DNA of 64,000 bases from contig CAVQRZ010000019.1 in NCBI GenBank assembly GCA_963715335.1, forward strand, positions 1 to 64,000, written 5' to 3'. This DNA comes from an uncultured delta proteobacterium. Lineage in GTDB: Bacteria > Desulfobacterota > Desulfuromonadia > Desulfuromonadales > BM103. Every line of letters begins with the position of its first letter. Positions within the stretch are counted from its first letter, which is position 1. This document shows, piece by piece, positions 40,084 to 49,578 of the stretch. The translations under genes were made by a program, and so were the position numbers. The notes beneath the pieces were generated by a model that was not told where the DNA came from, ran no database searches, and saw only the letters and a program-made list of their open reading frames with translations.

Positions 40084-40893
40084 TTATGGCAACGGCTTGG
40101 TGCGCAGCTTGTTGATCAGGTTCTGGTGGCAGTAGCTGTCGGCGTCGAGAATCAGCCGCTCCTGCCGCAGTTGGAGCTGGTGGATGAAAAACATCAGAAT
40201 GATGCTTAAGACCAGGGCGATAAACGTCGAGTTGAAGGCGACCCCGAGGCTCTGTGTAACGCCCGTGATATCTCCCTCGACGGCGCGGTGCGCCTGGGAG
40301 AGGGCAGCACCGATACCGCGGACGGTACCGATGAAGCCAACCGAGGGGATCGCCCAGGCGACGTAGCGGATGATCGAAAGCTCCGAGTCGAGGCGGTCGC
40401 CGTGGGTGTCACAGGCGGTCCGGACCGCTGTTGCCGCATCCTGGATGTTGCGGGTCGATGCGAATCTCTGGGTTGCACTCAACAGTGCCGTGGGCAAAAG
40501 GAACCGACGGCTCTCTCCGGGAAGGTCCTGCAGCCGACCGATCAATTCCCGGGTGTCCTCGGGGCCGATCGGCATGTTCTGCGGAAGTTGCAGGAGGTCT
40601 TCCTCCAGTTGTCCCTGCTGGCGCCAGACAACGACCCCTTTGTAGGCGAGAATGGCCAGTGCCCAGAAGAACAGGATCATGCAGGCTTCCTGTTCAAAGT
40701 CCTTGATCACGACGTAGAAGTTCTGTTCCTGAACGGCATCAGGCTGTTCCGCCATGCGGACCTGCTCCGCCGCCAGAAACGAGTCGGCCTGGGGGCGAAT
40801 CAGCGCGACGTAAGCGCCGTGCACGATAATGAAGACCACCAGCAGGCTGAAAACCTGGTAAACCATTTCGATAGGGAAGTTCTTTCTGCGCAT
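40084..40893 (-). CDS. MotA/TolQ/ExbB proton-channel family protein
   Basis: WAIPSVGFIGTVRGIG...LGVAFNSTFIALVLSI; start at MRRKNF with GAGG RBS. Confidence 0.88.
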   Translation of the reverse strand: MRRKNFPIEMVYQVFSLLVVFIIVHGAYVALIRPQADSFLAAEQVRMAEQPDAVQEQNFYVVIKDFEQEACMILFFWALAILAYKGVVVWRQQGQLEEDLLQLPQNMPIGPEDTRELIGRLQDLPGESRRFLLPTALLSATQRFASTRNIQDAATAVRTACDTHGDRLDSELSIIRYVAWAIPSVGFIGTVRGIGAALSQAHRAVEGDITGVTQSLGVAFNSTFIALVLSIILMFFIHQLQLRQERLILDADSYCHQNLINKLRTKPLP

Positions 40894-40909
40894 CGCTTGT
40901 CCACCTCGT

Positions 40910-41143
40910 TCAGATGTCTGTTGGGAAAGGGACCATGCTGTCGGCACTGACTTCTTCGGTTGGCTTGTAAGGGCGCGGCCACTGCACCGCATCCTTCTTG
41001 TCGACGGCATCCTGCCCGGAGCTCTTTTTTGTCTCGCTCGTCCCAGGCTTCTTGGCGGAATCCTTGTCGGGTTGTTTGTCTGCCGCCGTGCCGTTGCCAA
41101 CGACCAGCAGCAGCAGAAGCATGGTCAAAAGGATCGTCCTCAT
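40910..41143 (-). CDS. Small secreted protein
   Basis: Signal peptide; charged linker; C-terminus YKPTEEVSADSMVPFPTDI; start overlaps the upstream stop (ATGA). Confidence 0.75.
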   Translation of the reverse strand: MRTILLTMLLLLLVVGNGTAADKQPDKDSAKKPGTSETKKSSGQDAVDKKDAVQWPRPYKPTEEVSADSMVPFPTDI

Positions 41144-43559
41144 TCGGCATACCTCGCAATTCTGAAACCGATATCACTGGCCGGTTCACGGCTGTAACGG
41201 CGGTAACTGAACCGCAGTTCGGTGATACTGGCGTCGCGCCAGCCAGAGCCCTTGACTACGTGATGACTGCCGGTCCCGGGTCCCATCGGGTCGGTCGTCC
41301 CTTTGTTCGCACTGGCTGCGTCGGCGGCGTAATAGTCCTGGCACCATTCGGCAACGTTGCCGCCGAGATCATAAATCCCCGCGGGGTTGGCTGGGAAGGA
41401 ACCGGTGGGCGCGGTGGCGGCAAAGCCGTCGTTGTATCCATCGATGACGGTCGGGATGATGTGCCGGGCGGATTCATCGGCAAAATTTCCCACTTTTCCC
41501 TTGGGCGGGAATTTCCCGGGCCAGGGATAGCGGGCCATTTCCTTGCGCCCTGCGACGCGGGCAGCATAGGCCCACTCCGCCTCGGTTGGCAGCCGGTAGC
41601 CGGTCCCTCTGGGCGATCCTGCAACCATGGTCTCGTCTTTTTCAGTGTAATAGGGCGGCAGGCCATCCTTCAGGCTCAGCCAGTTCATGAAACGGGCAGC
41701 GTCCTCCCAGGCGACGTTGACCACCGGGTGGGAAGCGATTTCCAGCGAACGGTTGCCGGAGACTACCGGAGGTATGCTGCGCCTGGAAGCGCTGGTATTC
41801 GGCATTGGTCACTTCACGTTCGCTGAGATAGAATTTCTGCTGCATGAGCACTTCGTGTTCGTTTTCGTTGGCGCGGCGCCCCGGTTCGTTGCGTGAAGCG
41901 CCCATCCGGAACGAGCGCGGCTCGACCAGGACCAACTTCTGACCGAGGCCGGTCCTGGTTACGGTGTCGGCAGCGGCTTTTGTCCCTATAGCAGGGGCGC
42001 CCTTGCGGGTCAGGGCAAGTTCCAACCTCTGACTGTAGCCTGCCTGGGGAGTGATGGTCTTTGGTCGTCGTTTGATAGCCCTCGGCCTGCAGGGCGATGG
42101 TGTGTGCCCGGGTCGGCAGGCTGAAGCGCCCGTTTGCCTTGTCCTGGGCCTTACCGTTGATCAAGAGGGTCGCATCCGCGGGGGCTGCCGCGATGAAGAT
42201 CACACCGTATTCAGGTTCGAGAGAGACCTCAAGCTCATGCTCTTCTCCGGGGCCCAGCGTCAACTTGCGACTTGCGCCCTTGTAGCCGGCGGCGGAAAAG
42301 CGGATTTCATGTGAGGTCTTTGCCGGCAGGGAAATTTCGACTGGCGTCCGGCCCTGGTAGATACCGCCGGTCGTCACCGTGGCCCCGGCAGGTTCCGACC
42401 GGATCTTCAGAATTGCTGGCGCCAGCTCCAGGCGATAGACCGGAGGCTGCCGGTCCTGGCCTGCCTCGATGGCCAGTTCGACTGCCAGGGGAGTGTACTC
42501 TGCCCTGGTAAAGACAAGCTCCCGTCGTCCGGCAAGCAACTCCAGGTCCATGGGCGTCACCCCTTTTTCGATGCCGTCAACGGCTAAGGTTGCCCCTGCA
42601 GGGGCCGTCTCTATGACGTATCTGGCCCAGGCCGGTGCCAGGACAACGGCCAGGCTTGATGATTTGCCAAAACCTTCGATCTCGACGGACCTCTCTTCCG
42701 CAAGGTAGCGGTCATGCTCGAAGCGGACAGTGCGTGATCCCGCGCCAATCTCCTGCCCGTACAGGGGGGTCGAGCCGACAATCGCACCGTCGATTATCAC
42801 GGTCGCCCCGGCGGGTTCGCTGGTCAGGTCAATCAGTCCCGGAAGCTTTTCCATGTTGAAAGCATAGCTGCTGTCAGCCCTGCTAATTTCAATCTCTTTC
42901 ACCAGGGGCTGGTAGCCTTCTTTCTCAGCCTGCAGAAGATAGCTGCCAATGATACCCAGGTAGCGGTCACCATATTTCAGCACCGGCGGGAACCCGGTGA
43001 TGTCGATATTGTCCGGAGTTGGAGTGACCGTGACGGCCATCGGCTTGGCCAGCAGGACAAAGGCGGCGGAGACAAGGAGCAGAATGAACAGGCCAATGAA
43101 GATCGGACGCTTGTGGCGACCGACAGAAGACGACTCGTCAGGAGTTGTCGGGGGCGGCTCAGATCTCTCTGCCTTGGCGTCTGCGGTCCGGTCCGGTAAC
43201 TCGGTCGGCGGTTCCAGCCTGGGTTCGGCAGAGCTTGAGATCCGGGCCTCGACGCGTTGTCCGCTCAGCTTCCAATAGATCAGAGTCGTGCCGATGCGGG
43301 TCGTGTCCTCCGATTTCAACCAGACCGAGCTGGTTACCCTTTCATCGTTGTGAAAGACGGCGATTTCATTTTCTGCCGGCTGGATAAAAAGGTAGTTGCG
43401 GTCTTCTCCGACATAGGCGGCAATCCCGAAACTGCCTTCCAGGCGAATGTGCGCCGCCTGATGCGTGCCGATCTGCAGCGGCAGGCTCGACTCGTCGAGC
43501 TGAACGACCCCTTCGCTATTGAATAACTCGATCAGGCGGTTCAAATCGGCTCCTTGCAA
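41140..43559 (-). CDS. Multi-PEGA + FGE-sulfatase (SUMF1-like) membrane protein with FHA-like N-terminus (two +1 frameshifts near 42060 and 41765)
   Basis: One TM; at least 4 PEGA repeats (SEPAGATV.IDG...G.TP); EVTNAEY, HPVVNVAWEDA, YRLPTEAEW, DLGGNVAEW, GFRIAR; three ORFs join on removing two single bases. Confidence 0.82.
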
Positions 43560-45034
43560 AGCAGGGTGAATGTGAGTGCTCCCGCACCCGGTCTGACTTT
43601 CAACGTCTGCCGCGTATCCCGGTATCCTTCCCGGTTGCCAGTCGCGGTGTAGTCACCGGTGCGCAGGACCAGCCGCTTCTCCAGGAAACGACCAAGCCGA
43701 CCGACATGGTAAATTGCTATCTCGGTCAGGCCGTCGGATTTAAGGACCACCTCAACCTCTGCCTCCGCTTCGGTAATCAGTCCTGTCAGGAGCTTGATCT
43801 GGTTGGCCAGACGGGGCCCGCGCGGTTCGATAGTCCTTGCCAGGGCGAGGAGCTGTCGTGCCCCCTTGAGCGGCGCGTCCTCGAACAGCCGCTCCGGCTG
43901 GGCCAGAAGCCCCTGCAGCTGCTTGTCCAGGTCGACTCTCCGGCCGACCCGTTCCTTGCAGGTGGCGGCAAACGAGGCGTGAGCATCAAGGGTCAAGGCC
44001 TTTTCGCAAGACTGCAAGGCTTCCGGCCAGTGTTCAGCCTGTTCAAGCCTGGCGGCTTCCTGGCGCAGGTTGTCCAGTTGCGCAGCAAGGTGCCTGCGTG
44101 CGAGTTGTTGTTTAAGGTCACTGACGGCAGGGTCGCCCGGTCGGATTGCGCCGGCTTGCTGCAGGGCTTGCCCCGCTGCGGACAGGCGGCCAGCTGACAG
44201 CGCCTGCAAGGCCTGGCTCATCGCCTGCTGGAATTCCCGGTCGGCAACAGATGTTTCGACACGCTTGAGTGCTTCCCGGGCCGGTGGGTAGGCGGGGTCG
44301 AGGCTGACGGCGGCCTGAAATGCCAGCAGGGCTCCCTTTGCGTCTCCGGAATTTTCCAGCCCTGTGCCGTCTTTGACGAACTGCAACACTTTCGGCAGGT
44401 TTTCCGCCCTCTGGATGCCGGCGAGTGCCTGTTCGCTGTCGGTGTCAATCGCCAGCGCTCTCTGGAAGAGCTCGGTGGCGGCTTCCGGTTCACCGTTTTC
44501 CAGGGCCAGGTTCCCGGCCAGCAGGGCTTGTTCGAGGAGGTCTGGTTTTGCCGTCATGAGCTGGCCCAGCTCTGTGATCGCCGCGGTACATGAGTCCCTC
44601 GCCAGCAGGTACTCCCGCTCGCCGAGCAGCCGCTCACATTCCTGCTCCAGGGCGACTGCTCCGGCATAAGTTTCGCCACCCCAGGCGGCAATGTTCGCAG
44701 CTTCGGCTCCGGCCTGTTCGCGCAGCCAGTCGCCGATCAGTCCTTCTATTTCTGCTGCGGCCCTGGAGTCAGGCGCAGACGCTTCCTGCAGTGCCTGCTT
44801 CGCCGTGATTTGAGAGGGTTCCGCTGACCCTTTTGCCGCCCGGTCGTCGCTGCCCATTGGCAAAAAGATCACGAGCAGGGCAAAAATTGCCAGCAGCAGG
44901 CCGGTCCCGACAATCGCCAGTGGCACGAGGCGGGAGGGTTTGGATTGCTCCGCGGTCTCTGCACCGGGGGGGACCAGGTCCGGTGGCCGGGTCTGCTGCT
45001 CGGTCGGTTTTTTCTGCCTGGACTCCTCGCTCAT
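43541..45034 (-). CDS. Membrane-anchored TPR protein
   Basis: One N-terminal TM; repeats such as ALAIDTDSEQA, AVSLDPAYPPA, ALTLDAHASFA; C-terminal beta domain. Confidence 0.8.
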   Translation of the reverse strand: MSEESRQKKPTEQQTRPPDLVPPGAETAEQSKPSRLVPLAIVGTGLLLAIFALLVIFLPMGSDDRAAKGSAEPSQITAKQALQEASAPDSRAAAEIEGLIGDWLREQAGAEAANIAAWGGETYAGAVALEQECERLLGEREYLLARDSCTAAITELGQLMTAKPDLLEQALLAGNLALENGEPEAATELFQRALAIDTDSEQALAGIQRAENLPKVLQFVKDGTGLENSGDAKGALLAFQAAVSLDPAYPPAREALKRVETSVADREFQQAMSQALQALSAGRLSAAGQALQQAGAIRPGDPAVSDLKQQLARRHLAAQLDNLRQEAARLEQAEHWPEALQSCEKALTLDAHASFAATCKERVGRRVDLDKQLQGLLAQPERLFEDAPLKGARQLLALARTIEPRGPRLANQIKLLTGLITEAEAEVEVVLKSDGLTEIAIYHVGRLGRFLEKRLVLRTGDYTATGNREGYRDTRQTLKVRPGAGALTFTLLCKEPI

Positions 45035-45043
45035 CGGACCAGC

Positions 45044-46265
45044 CTACATGGCCTCTGCGGGTTTATGGGGTGCCGCCTCAACACTGGAATTTTCCGGAGC
45101 GAGCGGGAAGCCGGTTTCCGAAGCATAAATCTCGCGAAGCATCTTGCGCCACTGCTGGTACTGCTCTTCCGCCGTACCGGTCAGCCTGACGGTCTCCCCA
45201 ACCACTTCAACCACCAGGGGTTCTGCCTCAGATGAGAAGGAGACACTCAACTCCTCGATAACGTCCTTGTGGATCTTGGTCTCCTGGCTTTTCTGGAAGC
45301 CGCTGTAAATCGCCGCCGCACCACCGACCACCATCAAGCCGGGCAACCCTGACGATGATGTATTGGAGTTGGTGCTCATTGCTACGCCGCCAACGATTGC
45401 GGCAAGGCCGAGCAACTGTCGGGTCAGGGCCTGTTTTTTTATCTCTTGCATGGCGACGAGCTCCTGGTTATAGAGCTTGCGCCAGTCACTGTAGGGCTGC
45501 CAGAGATCGTTGTAGTAGACCTCGTAGTAACTGTTGATGGTGTCGACCAGCATGTCGTCCCGCAGCTGGATGGCGCGGACCCGTTGCAGCATCGGATCGC
45601 TCTCTGCGGGCAGGCGAACGATTTTGTACCGGCCTTTTTTGTCGACTTCAAGGTGCCCGTCAAACGCATCCGGCGCCATGTCGTGGGCGGCCCGCAGCGC
45701 CGAGACCTGCTGGATCTCCCGGAAGTCCCCAGCTGCGAGCTTCTCGCGATATGCCGCCAGGTCGTTGGCGATAGTGTTGTAGATGTCCTGGAAAGGGTCT
45801 TTTTTTTCCGGGGCGATACCGGAGTAATCTTGCAAACGAAGCTCTTCCGAGTAGGATTTCGCGAACCACTTGACGTTGCGCGAATCGTACGCTTCAATCT
45901 CGAGGGCGAGCTGCTCACCGTCGGAATGGACGATCGTTCCGCGGACCTGGAGGTGCGCCTTGCTTGGTGAGGGTACCACGCGTACCGCCCCCCAGTAACC
46001 GGTTCGTTGCATGGTATATTTGAGCTGGATCGGCATGTAACGCTCTTCCGCCCGGCGGATTTCTGCGGACAGGCCCAATTCCCCGATTTCCTTGTCGGTC
46101 AGCTCTGCCGAATCAAAGATGACGATTGCCACGTCGAGCAGTTCCGAGCTGTCGAGCTCTTGCAGCGGCAACCATCGGCCTGACGTGATCCGCGACCTCG
46201 CCCTGCATCGTGGCACAACCGGCAAGCGTCATGAGCACTACAATCAATATGCAAAACCTGTTCAT
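45044..46265 (-). CDS. Lipoprotein (+1 frameshift near 46162)
   Basis: True N-terminus MNRFCILIVVLMTLAGC (lipobox LAGC) is in another frame and joins QELDSSELLDVAI on removing one base. Confidence 0.78.
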
Positions 46266-46272
46266 CAACCGG

Positions 46273-47199
46273 TCATTCTCCCTTCTTCACGCCTTTATAC
46301 TTCCAGTACTCCTCCCAGAGTTTCTTCTTGAGCTCGGGGTCTGTTTCCTTCTCGGCGGCCTCGCGCAACTGCCTGGCAACGATATCATCATCCCGTGGTG
46401 GCGGGAGCTTGCCGCCAGGGGCTCCGTATGTCGATTGGTCGATGTCGGCATTGGCCGCGCCGGCGCCGCTTTGTGCCCCGGCGGGAGAAGCCCCGGCCTG
46501 CGCCGTCTGCCTTCCCTGTGCGGCGCTTGAGCCGGAAGCCCCCGCGTCTGTCGAAGTCGCGCCGGCCCCGCCCTGCTCGCCGGTGCCTGATTCTCCGGCC
46601 TCGCCGGAGGCCCCAGCGCTTCCAGATGTGCCGTCCCGGCCGTCATCTCCTGCCTCCCTTTGACTCGGAACCCTGGCAGACACCTGCTCTTCTTCCTTCA
46701 GGAGCAGCTCGTCAAATTCGGCGAGTGAGGCAAACAGCTGCGTGTCCATGCTCGCGGTTTTTTCCGCTTGGGTGTGGGTCTCTGCTGGATTGGCGACCGG
46801 CAAGTAAATGAATGTCTCCTCGGCGGGCTTTTGCCCGGCTGCTGAGTTGCCTGTCATTGGGGCTGCGGGGCATGGCAGCCCTTCCACGGCGGCCTCGCCT
46901 CCCTGTTCGGCGAGTTCCATGCAGTAGTTGACGATTCGGGTGTTGAGGTAAATGATAAAATCCTTGTAGTCGTCTGTTTCGCCCTTGGACAGGGAGGTTC
47001 TCTCGAGTTCGTCCAAGGCTGTCTGCCGGGCGCTGTCGAGGGCCATGACGCTTTTGCGCATCGAATCGGTCTGCTCCTGGACTGCCGCATGGAGGGGTGA
47101 TGGTGCACATAGAATCGCGGCGATAAAAGCGTGGACACAGGCTCTGATGGCCCAGGCTGGGGTGACCCGCCGGAGAAGACTGTTTTGTGACTGACGCAT
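46273..47199 (-). CDS. Secreted protein with Gly/Ala/Ser-rich linker and helical C-terminal motif
   Basis: Signal-like N-terminus; C-terminus DDDIVARQLREAAEKETDPELKKKLWEEYWKYK. Confidence 0.75.
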   Translation of the reverse strand: MRQSQNSLLRRVTPAWAIRACVHAFIAAILCAPSPLHAAVQEQTDSMRKSVMALDSARQTALDELERTSLSKGETDDYKDFIIYLNTRIVNYCMELAEQGGEAAVEGLPCPAAPMTGNSAAGQKPAEETFIYLPVANPAETHTQAEKTASMDTQLFASLAEFDELLLKEEEQVSARVPSQREAGDDGRDGTSGSAGASGEAGESGTGEQGGAGATSTDAGASGSSAAQGRQTAQAGASPAGAQSGAGAANADIDQSTYGAPGGKLPPPRDDDIVARQLREAAEKETDPELKKKLWEEYWKYKGVKKGE

Positions 47200-48078
47200 A
47201 GGCTCCTACCTGCCGACAAAAGGGTTAATTGCGGGTGAATATGCCTCTGTGTAAACCGGACAAGCTTCCGGAATCATTCCCGTGCCGACCATTATAACAC
47301 CAGACCGCAGCAAAACGAACAAACTCAAGAAAGATGTTCGGAAAATGACATGCCTGCGGTTTTTGGGCTGAGGCCCGGGGATAATTCGACTTGCGGATGA
47401 TTTGGATCTGCGCCATCTACGTTGAAAACGACAGCCTCTGCGCTTGCCAGCCGCTCCTAAAATCGGAATCCGGTGCTGAAAGAAATTATTTCGTGCAACC
47501 AGATGCTCTAGTACTGCGATGATGCCTTTCGCGCCGGAGCCCTCCACCAAAGCTGGGACCTGGCCGTAAGGGGGCCAGGAGTAAGCCTCCGGAACATGCG
47601 GCGGCTCAGCCACCAAGGACATAGGATGTAAAAATGGCCACCAGTTATGTCTGGCGGCCTTATCCTGTGGCTACTGTAAAACCACAATTTGACCACTCCC
47701 GTAACGCAAGGTTTTTGATAGCCGGATGTCACAACCCGATAAGAGGCTTGCCGTTGCAAGGCCGCAGGGTCGTTGAGTGTGCAGCAGTCACTACAACGTG
47801 TTACACCTCTGTGCCATTGTCAACCTGAACGCACGGACACTTTCTTCTATGCCTAAATATTTCTCATGCTGGGTTCCCCGCTCAAAAAACTATTTGTCCT
47901 TAAGTCTCTGGTACAAGAGGGCGTATGAGCTCTTAACCTCCAAGCCGCTGACCTGTCTTGGCCTTATTCTTGCTTTTACCGTGAGGAGTTTTCCGGCTTT
48001 TCGTTGTTCGCCAAGCATAACAGGTCTCCTGTTCAGTTTGGTGATCGAGCCTTCCATCTTCTTGTTGTCGAGGACACA

Positions 48079-48393
48079 ATGACGCGTTTATTGCTTGTTG
48101 CTTTCTGCGGTTCGATATTTCTGGCTGCATGTTCTGTAAGCACTTCATCTAAACTGGCTTCTCAATCACAACCGGCCACAAATGGTGTCGCGCTTTACGA
48201 ACAGTACTGCGCCAGTTGTCACTTGCCTTTCGCTAAAACGACCAAGCCCCAACGGAATGTTAGTCGTCTGCGTTCGTCAATTAAGGTGTTTCCCACTATG
48301 AACAACCTCGATTTTTTAAGTGATGTGCAACTTGAGGCCATCTCTTCAGCTTTAGCAACGATTGAACTTCATCAGGCCTCGAGGAGTCATTAA
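48079..48393 (+). CDS. Monoheme cytochrome c lipoprotein
   Basis: Lipobox LAAC; GVALYEQYCASCH; candidate axial Met; GAGGA RBS. Confidence 0.8.
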   Translation: MTRLLLVAFCGSIFLAACSVSTSSKLASQSQPATNGVALYEQYCASCHLPFAKTTKPQRNVSRLRSSIKVFPTMNNLDFLSDVQLEAISSALATIELHQASRSH

Positions 48394-48495
48394 AAAGGGT
48401 CTTAAAGAAGGCTCTGTTGTATAACCGGATTGATTTTCAATAAAATGTGCGCAAACACTGAAGTATTCAGTTGTAGAAAATGACCCTTACGCTGG

Positions 48496-48840
48496 TCATT
48501 TTGCCGCCGCAAAACGGCTGGTGACACGTCCCAGGATCAGCGAAAAGGGCACCAGAATGGAGCTATTCCGGGCAGGGTCTGGGTTATCGCCCCGCAGTTG
48601 GAATCGACCGTCCTCGTCTACCCCCTTTATCCGTTTGATAATCTTTTGCCCGGCCTGGGTCGGATGGCGGGCAATGACGATATCACCGATAAGCGGGGGC
48701 CTGTACAGATAGGCTTGCAGATCGACGAGGACTTCATCATCGCTGGAGAGCAAGGGCAGCATTGAGGGGCCCATCACCCGGCAACGCCGTCGGCGTCTGG
48801 TCAGCCACAATAAAATCTCTTTACAGTTGCTCTCCTGCAT
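48496..48840 (-). CDS. sodX: Nickel-type SOD maturation protease
   Basis: S26-type GPSMLPLL...GDIVIARHP...IIKRI...GDNP, directly downstream of sodN. Confidence 0.88.
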   Translation of the reverse strand: MQESNCKEILLWLTRRRRRCRVMGPSMLPLLSSDDEVLVDLQAYLYRPPLIGDIVIARHPTQAGQKIIKRIKGVDEDGRFQLRGDNPDPARNSSILVPFSLILGRVTSRFAAAK

Positions 48841-48885
48841 GCTGCACCTCTCACAGCTCTTTAAGACCCTTTTGCACAAGCCCGA

Positions 48886-49344
48886 TCAGCCGGCCGTATA
48901 ATAAGGAACCTCGCGACCCTTGGTCGCCCAGAAGATGGTGTGAATTTTGTTGATGGCCGCCATCAGTTCTTCAGCCTTTTCAACACTTACCTCCACTTTG
49001 ACCGCCGAGCAGAGCTTGGCAGCCCGCCAGAAAATGTCGTGAAGATCAGGGTGTTGTTCCAGGTGCTGCGGCTTGAAATAGTCGGTCCACAAAACCAGAA
49101 GATCGGTTTTTGCCAACTGGGCCTGCTCTTCCTTGATGGTGATATAGCGCGAAAGACTGTTCGCGGTGGCATGGCTGCGGTCACCGGGATCAAGGGCGAG
49201 GATTTTCTTGGTCATGGAGAGAGCCGCTTCCGCGGCAATCCGGGCAGAAGCAGGATCGTAAACCCCGCAGGGACCGTCGCAGTGAGCACTTGCAGTCATT
49301 CGGGCGGGAAATAGTTTTTGAACAGTTCGGGTTAAAGTTTTCAT
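48886..49344 (-). CDS. sodN: Nickel superoxide dismutase
   Basis: Leader + Ni-hook HCDGPCGVYDP; LLVLWTDYFKP; IFWATK. Confidence 0.95.
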   Translation of the reverse strand: MKTLTRTVQKLFPARMTASAHCDGPCGVYDPASARIAAEAALSMTKKILALDPGDRSHATANSLSRYITIKEEQAQLAKTDLLVLWTDYFKPQHLEQHPDLHDIFWRAAKLCSAVKVEVSVEKAEELMAAINKIHTIFWATKGREVPYYTAG

Positions 49345-49578
49345 GGGGATATCCTTTCTGGGTTTTTCAAAAAACTCGCGTTAAGGGGTTACACATCCTC
49401 CATTCTACCACGCTTTCTTCCCTGGCAGAGGGTGTCAGCCGAACGCTCCATGCACAGTGTAGAGTCTCGGGCCAGAAATTTCTTCGATCATTAAGAGTAT
49501 GGCCTGTCCACCTAATCTGTTTAGGACCTTCTTTGAAGACATCACGGTCATTGAGGCGAGTCATGGACCGCCTCGCGA

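Noticed and set aside
37982..40893. Calling the MotA cluster Zorya, Tol-Pal, Ton or a flagellar stator
   Set aside because: No OmpA-domain ZorB/MotB, no long ZorA tail or ZorC/D/E, no TolA/B/Pal or TonB; the partners are VWA proteins
31696..46265. Programmed frameshifting or phase variation
   Set aside because: No shared slippery sequence or long repeat tract; the genes are unrelated and all breaks have the same sign, so error is more parsimonious
47930..48070. Moco-riboswitch-like start (CTCCAAGC..ACCT)
   Set aside because: The remaining conserved elements are not evident and the downstream gene is unrelated to Mo/W metabolism
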